Part shown: positions 1-10,684 of the stretch, in pieces | Layout of the letters: the number at the start of each line of letters is the position of its first letter | Numbering within the stretch: position 1 is the stretch's first letter | Assembly: GCF_001194135.2 (NCBI RefSeq) | Contig: NC_068999.1 | Coordinates: forward strand, 13,086,106-13,150,105 | From: Octopus bimaculoides | Taxonomy: Eukaryota | Length of the DNA stretch: 64,000 bases | Reading direction: 5' to 3' | Made by a program: the position numbers and the translations under genes | Notes under the pieces: model-generated | What the model saw: only the letters and a program-made list of their open reading frames with translations | The model's database searches: none | What the model was told of the DNA's origin: nothing

Positions 1-904
1 CTATATATATACATACATATACACACATATGTGAATATATAAATTCGTATGTGTATGAACGTGTACTTCTATAGCTATATATTGATGTGCCTGATCGTAT
101 GGTTTCTGTATGTTCGTATGTGAGGTCGTGTTCGCGTGTATACGCATGCAGATTTTAAAGTGTCTCTACTTTATAGAAAATGGAATGCATATTAGAATTA
201 TTATATGCAGATTGGTACAATTACTTTCATCTTCTATACTTTATTTGCATAACGTATATAATATGAGACTCATTAGTAGAAATAAGTTGTAAACATAAAT
301 AAGTATACACTAGAGTAATATCATAATCGATAAACGATAATGATGCAAATAAAAAATATGATGTCTATAATTCTAATGAATTCATTGATGTCGCATATTT
401 CCATGAATTGAGTAAATACCAATTGATGTGTACAGACGTTTTGCTTTTCCAGTTTTAGAGTTGCCCATGGTTCAATATTCAGTTATTTCTTGAAGAGAGA
501 TGTCATCTGTTTGGTTACACGTGAAATAAAACTGTTGATATTGTGTTATTAAATTCATGGGAAATTATTTGTTATTGTAATTGCATAAGCTGGTATAGCA
601 ACTTTTTGACATTATATGCAGTCTTTCCTATTTCTCTCTGCTCACAATCATTCTGGTTCGGCAATATAGAAAGAAAACTATATTCTGCCTGACCAGCGGA
701 GCAATCGATCTAATAGAAACTGATCCGGTCAAAATCTCCGAATCAGCTATAACTCAAAATTGACGTGTTTGCTGGTGGAAAATATACAGTTGTCTTTTTG
801 ACAAGAATGCAACAAGACACTGGGTCGGCAATCAGTAAGATTCTAATGCAATGGCAGTACTGATGAAATTTGGTGCAAAGAGCCAGCACCATTTAGTGCA
901 TGGG

Positions 905-1015
905 ATAATCTATTTCAGTGACCCCATTGTTCATATGGTACTTCTTTTATAGATCGCCAAAGAACGAATGCGCAGTTCTTCGCCGGGGACTTTAAAGTAC
1001 GTTCGTAAAGCAGGG
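905..1015 (-). mobile_element. Degenerate SINE fragment (family 2, same as 24390-24523)
   Basis: Plus strand gaccccattgttcatatggtacttcttttatagatcgccaaagaacgaatgcgcagttcttcgccggggactttaa is a loose reverse complement of the SINE body at 24460-24523 and its expected continuation. Confidence 0.45.
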
Positions 1016-1072
1016 AGAAATGTCATTGAATTTTTTCCGATACGGTAACCATTCTACGAGCTCACCAGCTTA

Positions 1073-1117
1073 ATGATGATAATGATGATGATGATGACGA
1101 TGACGACGACGATGACA

Positions 1118-1164
<47 letters not shown>

Positions 1165-1167
1165 AAT
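1073..1167. repeat. (GAT)n microsatellite with GAC/AAT interruptions
   Basis: Directly visible; it produces the poly-I ORF 1054..1269. Confidence 0.97.
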
Positions 1168-1264
1168 GCAAAGTCTGTGTTGCGAACGAATATAAGTACA
1201 GAGATATTCCTTGATTAAGCTGTTAAAAATAATAACACAATACAACAAATGTAAGGCAACAAAA

Positions 1265-1590
1265 ATCAATCAAAAAACAGCAGTGAAAGGCCAGATGCTG
1301 AAGAAAGTTACATGATTTGGAGTAACATCTGGAATAAGGGAAGAAAGCATAACAAAGATGCTAAATGGTTGAAGGAATTGAGATCGCAAAAATATGAAGC
1401 GAAACAGAGCAATCTTACAATCACGACTGATCGTAACCGAAGAGACAACAAAGATCCCAAATTGGAAATTCCCAGGACCGGATGGGGTACAAAGAGGGTA
1501 ATGAGAATAGAATAAGCATGTATTATTCAGTATTAATATGTTCAACGGTGATATATTTACAAGCGATTTTCCTGTCGATTGGGCATGAAA
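1265..1590 (+). mobile_element. R4/Dong-like non-LTR retrotransposon fragment (region just upstream of and entering RT), frameshifted
   Basis: One frame reads RPDAEESYMIWSNIWNKGRKHNKDAKWLKEL; after a frameshift near 1435 it reads TKIPNWKFPGPDGVQ. This matches the P..EE..FWS.IW....HN..A.WL and NWKAPGPDGVQ motifs of R4/Dong ORFs. Confidence 0.75.
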
Positions 1591-1720
1591 AAGTATTTGG
1601 TTTGCAACATAGTAATAACTTGTTAATGCTAAAGATATAGAACTATCTATTATAAACTGACAAATTGATGTTGATGTTTATAGACTCGTATACATGCAAT
1701 TATATTTATAAAACCCGCAT

Positions 1721-1758
<38 letters not shown>

Positions 1759-2929
1759 ACACACACATATATANNNNNNNNNNNNNNNNNNNNNNNNNNN
1801 NNNNNNNNNNNNNNNNNNNNNNNNNNNNNNNNNNNNNNNNNNNNNNNNNNNNNNNNNNNNNNNNNNNNNNNNNNNNNNNNNNNNNNNNNNNNNNNNNNNN
1901 NNNNNNNNTATATATATATTATGTGCGTGGTTTTCTATGTGTGTGTGTATGTATGTATGTAGACATATGCATATATTCATACTGATAGCCATATAAGGAT
2001 ATAACAAAACACCAATGGTGTGTTTGTGTGTGTGTGTGTGCATCTATGTATGTATACATAGGCATATATTAAAACTGATAAACAAAACATCACACGAAAA
2101 ATCAAACATGCGTGGCTGTAAAATACGATGAAGTGTTTAGATAGATGAAATTTAATATAGTTCGATAGTTGAACGTAAATGACATATCATAATAAATGGC
2201 CGCTACTTCTAAGCGTTTCCACCTGTCATATAGTAATTACCTTTTAAAAATATGAAGTTAGATCTTTACTATCAAACGACACAATGAAAGTAACTTATAT
2301 ATGAACGCAACACTAATTTATTATGCATATGTGCATTTATATCGTATTCTATATGCATAAGTTAACTCATATCCTCACTAAAAGCATAAGAATATATAAT
2401 GAAGTCAATTGTGAGAGACAGAGGAAAACAGTGTGTGTAAAAGTAAATAGGTGTGACCAATTGTAAAAGACGTATAGCTGGGAGTAATGTACATGTCTCT
2501 GTTTAAGCAGTTTTGTTTTCATAATATATATATATACACATATAATTGTATACCATATGATGGTCTGCATGTAAGTTTGCGAAACTATTTACTCTTTTCA
2601 TTAACTATTTACTTATGTTCAAGTAGTGACCTATGTTTGTACATTATTTACTCGAAATATAACTAGTACATGAGAAGATAACTTTGCTTAGCTTCAGAAG
2701 AGCTAGCGTTCAAGGTGTTTCCTTTAACACATAAGAAAAAAAAATATTTATATTTATACCAAAATCAATGTAGTGTCTTATCGAACAGCTGTATTTTAAT
2801 TTCTCTAACAGTCTATATTTTCAAGTGTTTCAGACTTCTCTAATACTCTCACATTTCTGTAAGACACTCATTTTTCAGAAGCAAGTACCAAATATCAAAC
2901 GCATGGTGAGATGATGACTGACTTTGATA

Positions 2930-3560
2930 ACGGTCTGCACTCTACTGCCATCTTGATTTTGTGCGTATGAAATGATGCATCATTGCAAATGCTGATCCCC
3001 AAGTCTTTCACTGCCTGTGTCTCTTGGATTGTAGTGCCTTCGGGTCATGTAAATGCACATTGTACTGTATGTGTACTTAGTTTATATTGCAGTACTTGAA
3101 CTTTTCCATTAATAAACTGTATGTTGGTTATTTCGGCCCACTTGTATACTTAGTTCAGGTCTCGCAGTAAGTTTGTAACATCCTCTTGTTTTTTTGTTAT
3201 TTTTTACTGCCTGTGATAATTTTGTGTCATTGGCATAGCTAGTGACGGTGGCTGTTCGAGTGACTGTACGCATGTCTAAGAGGGCTATTACGAAGAGTAA
3301 TGGTCCCCAGAACAGTTTCCTGGGGGACACCACTTACGATTTCAGTTTCCTCAGAAAGGGCGCCATTTAAGGAAGTCAAGCAGCCACTCTCCCAGTTTAC
3401 CGACTATGCCAAGGTCTCGTAGCTTATGACTCATCATGCCATAAACTACTTTATCAAATACCTTTGCAATGTCCAGGTATATCACACTGATATCTGAATG
3501 GTGAAGCGGCTGTTCAAAACCCAGTCACAAAATTGTGCAATGTCTTTATATAACATGGCT
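2930..3560 (-). mobile_element. CR1/L2-group LINE reverse transcriptase remnant
   Basis: Minus-strand translation with frameshifts: VIYLDIAKVFDKV..GMMSHKLRDLGIVGKLGEWLLDFL, SGVP..TVLGPLLF, SYANDTKLSQ (YADD to YAND), then QAVKDLGISICNDASFHTH. The motifs are in canonical RT order. Confidence 0.85.
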
Positions 3561-4200
3561 CTAATATACTCTTAAATCTTGTAAAACGAAACTTATATAC
3601 GTATATGTATATGTATATGTATATAAACTCGCTCTATTGGATGCGTACACACAATGTACCACTTGTTTTACTACTCGTACTCTGATGGAGTTATTTTAAA
3701 CCATACCGAATAAAATAACCACGTGATATCTTCCGTGCGCAGCAATAGTTTATATATCTTCATATCACGATGTGGTATTAATTTATTTCGTTTTCAAGCG
3801 AATATTTTGATGTATATGACTTGATGTAGCAACAACATGTCATGCAAAGCATGCAATAGATTAGAGCATGAAATATACTTCCTGAAGGAAATATATTCGG
3901 TCTGTAATAAATCACACGTCAGTGGCTGTTGATAACACGAGGCGGATAACAGTCAAATTACTTAGAAACAAGAAGCAATACACAACATGCAATATAGTAC
4001 ATTATCAAGATTAATGCAAGTGTGAATATCTCATTTTGTATGTTGTATATCGTTATCGATTTTAAGGGTTATGAATATCGTAACAGAGATATTGACATAT
4101 ATACACACGCACATATATNNNNNNNNNNNNNNNNNNNNNNNNNNNNNNNNNNNNNNNNNNNNNNNNNNNNNNNNNNNNNNNNNNNNNNNNNNNNNNNNNN

Positions 4201-4235
<35 letters not shown>

Positions 4236-4785
4236 CCCCCCACACACATATATATAAATATATATATATATATATATGTTTCTCCTTAATTCCTGTTTTT
4301 ACAGTAGTTATTGCTCCTGTTATAGTTTCCTTGAAAATGATAAATATGGAAATATATGTCGTTTCAGTATTGTTAGAGCAGAGGCCAAATTGCTTTGAGG
4401 TATTTATTCATCTTTCATCATAATAATTGCTAAAATATTTCCAACATTTTTTCAGAGATATCCTATTTATTCTTATTAGACAAAATGTTTACAACGCAAG
4501 CGTTCTCAATGACGGTAGGTACTGTAATGCAACTTAAACGATACAAAATTCGGAGAAGTAAATATTAAGTTACAGCATATACATCAAGATTTACTGCGTA
4601 CGTGCTACGTAATATTTTCGATTTTAAACATCTAAGATGCACTCCGTCAGACTTAAATCAAATTTGTGCTCTTACGTTGCGTTGTTGCCAAGCACTGTGT
4701 TCTGCTTCTATGGAAAGTAAATCTGTAAAGTGACGGAGAGGACAACTACAATATCAATACCAAGTTTAAAATATGATTGAGATCT

Positions 4786-4971
4786 TGATGATGATGATGA
4801 TTATGATGATGATGATGATGATGATACTGGTGGTGGTGATGATGATGATGATGATGATGATGAAGAGGAGGAGGAGGAGAAGAAGAAGAAGAAGAAGAAG
4901 AAGAAGAAGAAGAAGAAGAAGAAGAAGAAGAAGAAGAAGAAGAAGAAGAAGAAGAGGAAGGAGAAGAAGAA
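4786..4971. repeat. Compound microsatellite (GAT)n-(GAG)n-(GAA)n
   Basis: Directly visible; source of the poly-M/R/S/F ORFs at 4746-5085. Confidence 0.97.
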
Positions 4972-5707
4972 TATGGACGTGAAATAGAAGTCAATGATAT
5001 GAAAGCGGAAGAGGCGACTGCCATTTTTGCACGTTTGCTCTTTTCTCCTTTTTTTATGTTTGCATGTGTGCATGCGTGTCTGCATGGCTATGTTTATGAG
5101 CGATTGGCTTTGCTAGTTAATGTGTACATATGTGTCTGTGCACGTGTTTTTTGTAATCAAATATTGACTCGTGGGTGTATCTAAACTTCATTTAGTATTT
5201 TGTAATTCTTCGATGCCTGCTACTTTAGCACGTTCCATTCCATTCTCTATAAGGTTACACAGTACACGCTTTCAAGTTGTACCTGATTCAATCCATGGAC
5301 TTTTTATTCTGAATTACCAGATTAGAGAAAATCGTTCGGATTCTTCCAGCTAGGTAAACGAGATAATTTTTTTTGTATTTAGCGTAGCATGTTCTAAATA
5401 ATTGTTACTGTTTAGAATATGTTGTGTTGTAATAGATACTGGTTTCTATGTTCGTATTACTGCCTCCAGTCTGTATATATACGGGATGGTATAAAAAGAT
5501 TTAGTACATCAAATGATGGTAAAATCTTTAAGTGTTTTATGATGGTTGCTTCTGAGATGTATGTTACAAAACCTATTGCGTATTTTAAGAGAGATTTTAG
5601 CACTATGTCAAAGAATTTGCTATGTTTATGTGTTTCGCTTACGAAAATTAAAAATAATGTGAAAAAACATTACAGTAGATCGGTTGATATATACTTTGTA
5701 CGTGTAC

Positions 5708-5739
<32 letters not shown>

Positions 5740-6650
5740 AAGAGAGATANNNNNNNNNNNNNNNNNNNNNNNNNNNNNNNNNNNNNNNNNNNNNNNNNNN
5801 NNNNNNNNNNNNNNNNNNNNNNNNNNNNNNNNNNNNNNNNNNNNNNNNNNNNGAGAGAGAGAGAGATGCCAATGCGCAGAGTGGCTAGAGTGAACTTGTG
5901 GGACTATCTCTGTGTGTCGAAGATATGTGTTTCTGGGTGTGATGTGCTCCGAGAGGAGGGCGTGAATGCGATTATGGTGGTTGAGAGAATTCTTGCAGAA
6001 GAAGGAAAGACAGAACGGCCAATAAACATCAATTTAAAATAGCCATCTAAATATCTTATCCAATGCAAACACTTCAGCAAAAGTCAAGTTATTGCGGTGT
6101 TCGTAGAGATATAATACACCGTATTGATGAGCAGTATATAAAAATAACATAGACTTCCAACACTGGTTTGTAAAAACAGAATATAACATTCAGCCTTGTA
6201 GGGCCGTCTATATAGCTTGTCCTCGAAAGACATATGTAGCCGTCGGGCTAGCTTACGCTATAAAAACCACTATTCTATTCCTGTGTATACAATATAACGG
6301 AAGCGATCTATCGTGACTACTGCAAGTTGGTGCAAGTAATAACACAATACTTATAAATCCTATCAAGACTGAAATGCATATGGATTACTCTCTAGTGGTT
6401 GTTTGGGTAACGGTCTGCTCTCTGCGTTATATATTGTGTTTTTTTACTTCTTTAAACGCAGCTGCCACGTTCTTTCTGGACGAATAATACTTTAAATTGC
6501 GTTTAAATGATGTATTGACTTTCTGTATAATATATTAATCATATTGTTGTATTTGGGGATGGTCGTGTTGCCAGTTTAGCCAATAAAAACACATGTAGTA
6601 TATATTTGGTGTGAACTTACTTCAGCTTTATTTTATATTAATTGTATTTC

Positions 6651-6694
6651 GACCAGACGTCTTTCATCACACTTCTGTGACCTCATCAGTAGCC
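6651..6694 (-). ncRNA. Minimal type I hammerhead ribozyme, near intact
   Basis: Minus strand reads GGCUA CUGAUGA G GUCACA-GAAG-UGUGAU GAAA GACG UC UGGUC. Stem I GGCUA/UGGUC pairs at all 5 positions (2 GU), the core is intact, stem II is 6 bp, and stem III is minimal within the palindrome AGACGUCU. Confidence 0.7.
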
Positions 6695-7042
6695 CTTTGA
6701 TATCATCTTTCTTTTGTGTGCGTCTCTCTCTCTCTTTACTAATGATCTGCTATTGTTTCCCAAACAGTCGTAAGAGAGTAATCCAGCTGCATTTCAGTTT
6801 TCATAGGATTTATTAGTAGCTTGTTCTCACTTGCGCCAACTTGGAATTGTCAAGACAGGTCACTTCCGTTTGATTGCATACACAGGAATAGATTAGTGGT
6901 TGCTATGGCGAAAGCCAGCCCGACGGCTACGTATCTCTTTGAAGAACAATTTATATAGACGGCTCTACAAGGCTGAATGATCTGCCATTTTTGCAGATAA
7001 TTAGTAGATAAAGACACACACAAATGAAAGAAGACAGCAAAG

Positions 7043-7086
7043 GACCACTGTTGAGGCCATATAAGTGTGACGAAAGAAATTTGGCC
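7043..7086 (+). ncRNA. Second copy of the hammerhead motif, core-mutated and probably inactive
   Basis: GACCA CUGUUGA G GCCAUA-UAAG-UGUGAC GAAA GAAA UU UGGCC. Same 44-nt register as the minus copy, with A6 changed to U in the core. Confidence 0.6.
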
Positions 7087-10000
7087 GAACTACAATTAAT
7101 ATAAGAAAAAAACTGAAGCAAGGGAACACCATATATATATATATATATATANNNNNNNNNNNNNNNNNNNNNNNNNNNNNNNNNNNNNNNNNNNNNNNNN
7201 NNNNNNNNNNNNNNNNNNNNNNNNNNNNNNNNNNNNNNNNNNNNNNNNNNNNNNNNNNNNNNNNNNNNNNNNNNNNNNNNNNNNNNNNNNNNNNNNNNNN
7301 NNNNNNNNNNNNNNNNNNNNNNNNNNNNNNNNNNNNNNNNNNNNNNNNNNNNNNNNNNNNNNNNNNNNNNNNNNNNNNNNNNNNNNNNNNNNNNNNNNNN
7401 NNNNNNNNNNCTTAACTATGCATAAGGAAACAGATTGTAGGTTACATTAGATTTATTTCATATAATTGTTTTATATTAATTCATTATTGATGTAATACGT
7501 ATCGGAAAAAAATATATCTATGAACTAAGAATGATGGCACTTTTATCAAAAACATTTTATTTGATTGAATAAGCAAGAATGCACGCGCGCACACACACAT
7601 GCACATACGCATACACATATATATAAGAGGATAATTCGGGCGTGTGCATACACGTAAAGGCACACACATACGCATACGCGCGCATGCACATGCGCACACA
7701 CAAACGCGCACGCATACCCACACACACACAGACACACACATATATACGTACACAAAGTCCTTATCAAATATGTTTTCACATATAGATGGATATGTGCCCC
7801 CATGCTTCTCTGGGTGAAAGTATTGTGTTTTTTTATACATATTCTTCGATAGATTTACTATAGATGACGTTCGAATTTGTAAAATCGATGACTGGTTTAC
7901 TACGCCGTTCAAGTTTTCGAATGAACAAAAAATATATTAAAAATATATTTAAATGGGTGTAAAGTTTTTTTTGTATACTTTTTTAAGTATGCCGCATAGT
8001 AGAAGATATTCGAGATTTACATCTTTCAAGCAAGTAATTTTTTTTAAATTGACTATCACGTTAATCATTGTACTCATCCTTTCTAAAAGAATGCAGAACA
8101 TTAATTTGCAAAGTTGCTAACTGTCGTTTCTTTTTTTTTTTTTAATTCTCCAGGCCTATGCTCGTTCTAATTCATATTCTATATGTAGGAGAAATATACG
8201 AATGTAAACATTTTCTTCTAATCTGATGTATGGAAAAAAAACGGGGATCTTGTAACGCATAGTTACGTGTTCACGTTATTTTTGTTTTATTCTCGTTATT
8301 TGTTTTCTTGATGTTATATTTTGCTTCATCAATCCCTAAAATACAGTCATCAGTTTCCTTCCCCAATGAATAAAATATAAAACCAGCATAAATTTGAGTA
8401 TCGTCGTAATCAGTGGTTGAAATTGCATATTTCTGCATTTACACTTCGAGTGCCAAAAACTACATTTGAATAATAATTGGCCATGGCCCCAGAGCAATAG
8501 AAAAACATAAACACATTATTCTATGAGTTTGATATGCAGTCTACTGAGAGATTAATTCTTAGATTCTTCACCGCATTTAATCATCGACAGCAGGTTTTGT
8601 AACCAAATCAATAAAAAAAATCATCCAGGGGCTATACAAGGCGTTAATGTGACAAAGTAATATAAGAGACATTTTGAAACAGTGTGGTCGCAAATCTTTG
8701 TATTTGCTTCGTGTAAGCGTTAACTTACAGCTATTAAATGACTGTTAGATGATCTTTGATTTACAACATCAAGTATAAAGATGGGTATTAACTTGCATTC
8801 TTCAGTTACTTTCCGTCCAAATATAACATTTTCTCGGGTTTAGCTACCTTACAACAAGGCATATATTATTTTTCGTTTGGCAATTTCGCTTCTTGCTAGT
8901 GTTCCAACCAAAATAATTGCAGCACTTTTCCATTAACACATTTAATGTGTTTGTAAACATATTGAGGTATTACTTGGAACATATTGCTGAAAAAATTGGC
9001 TACTACAATTTCACTACTTGTAGATTTTCCCTATAATTTTGCATAATGCCAAACATCTTGTTTTCATATCTATGAAAGAAGTCATTTCTTGTATTTATTG
9101 TATCTTGACCTTTATAATTTTGCTTCATTCTAAGCATCTTTACAAGAAATAGTATGTAGCAAAAATATCAGTTTCCATATTTAGCATTTGTATTTGAATG
9201 TATTCGATTATCCCTCTTCATATGTTCTAGTAATAAAATGGCCATTCCTGAAATATGTATGATGTATGTAAAATTTCTGACTAATATTTATATTTCTCTA
9301 ATGTTTATTTGTTTAACCATGAAAATCTTGGATGTAATTAACTCAATTACAAAGATTATACGTTTTTCATAAAAATATTCTGAATTATGTTTCCATGTTC
9401 TGATATATTATCGTTATTTAGTGTCTTATTCATGATTACATATCCCAACAGTAACAGGTTAATCCTCCACTATATCTAACAGAAAGGTGAATCCATTAAA
9501 AAAAATAAGAGGAAAGATTTTGAGCATATTATATGTACACTACCACGTGATTACAATGAGTGTGCATTATAGTAACTGACATTTTGAAGGACACGTTCAT
9601 GGCATGTTTCAATTTATTTTCTGCTATTGTGCTTTACATATTTATGTTTAAGACACGTGGTATAGAGTTAATAATTTCATGTATTGTTAATCAATGACAA
9701 TAACAGCCCGAGTGTCTAGCTGTATACATACACAATGCAAGGTGATTTGTTATAGATTCTGACAGATTCTGAAATTCCAACTGATTCACATTGTAATTAC
9801 GATCTTTGTATTTCACATACAAAGTTAATACTATAAACAGCCTCTCGAAGTGCATGCACTTTGGCAAAATAGGTCTGTTTACAAATAATTCCATCTCATG
9901 ACAATTGACATTCGCTAGTATGTCTCTAACATTGGAGAGATAATATATAATTTCAGTCATCTATAATATTATTAATATCCTTAATTTTCATTTTTATTAT

Positions 10001-10623
10001 GAAATGCAAATTTCGAAATTGAGTGTGGAGGAAGTGTTATTACACAGATCATACGCCGCCAATCTCTTACAATAGAGTATTAGGGTCACGAACTGTTCTG
10101 TAATGTATGATACAATGTTCTACAGCGATATATGTCTGTTTACTACTCTCTCCATTCATACATGCATACATACATAAACACATATATAAATGCAAAGATA
10201 CATGTATATAAATATATGTGAATTCGTATGCGTGTGTGTGAGCATGTGTTTGTTTTTACGTGTGCGTACGTAACATCCATTAAAGTGAATAAATACAAAA
10301 TATTACAATAGGTAATGAGTGCAACCAAAATAGGGATGGTCCACTCTACAAAATCACGGTGTTACACAACGACATACATATGCATATAAATACATGTCTT
10401 ACTTTGTTTCTTGTACTCTCATGTGTCTCTAAATGTGAGATGTTACCGTGCAACTTGTTTGATTATTACCCGTTGTATTTTATCTGGAATCTTCTCTGAT
10501 GGCCAATACGAGTGTCATTGTTTCGTGTCGAATTCATTACTGTTCAAAATTTTGATTCCAATATACTTATTTTATTGCTTGTATCCTGGATCATAGATTC
10601 GTGACAAATACACAAACGCACTT

Positions 10624-10625
<2 letters not shown>

Positions 10626-10684
<59 letters not shown>
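10626..10684. repeat. (CA)n microsatellite running into an assembly gap
   Basis: Directly visible; N-run 10685-11473 follows. Confidence 0.95.

Larger units (their letters stand above)
6185..7130. mobile_element. Nested inverted-repeat block, Penelope pLTR- or retrozyme-like, non-coding
   Basis: Segment A at 6185-6415 is the diverged reverse complement of 6750-6985 (e.g. cagccttgtagggccgtctatata vs tatatagacggctctacaaggctg). Segment B at 6608-6752 is the diverged reverse complement of 6990-7130. B contains the hammerhead motif. Confidence 0.7.

Noticed and set aside
4456-4514. Splice-flanked 59-nt segment (tttttcag|...|gtaggt)
   Set aside because: Two frames are open, neither peptide is recognisable, and the phase does not fit the neighbouring candidate.
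8620-8695. Possible DNA transposon end (tcatccaggggctatac...)
   Set aside because: No partner TIR or second copy in the window; support is vague recollection only.
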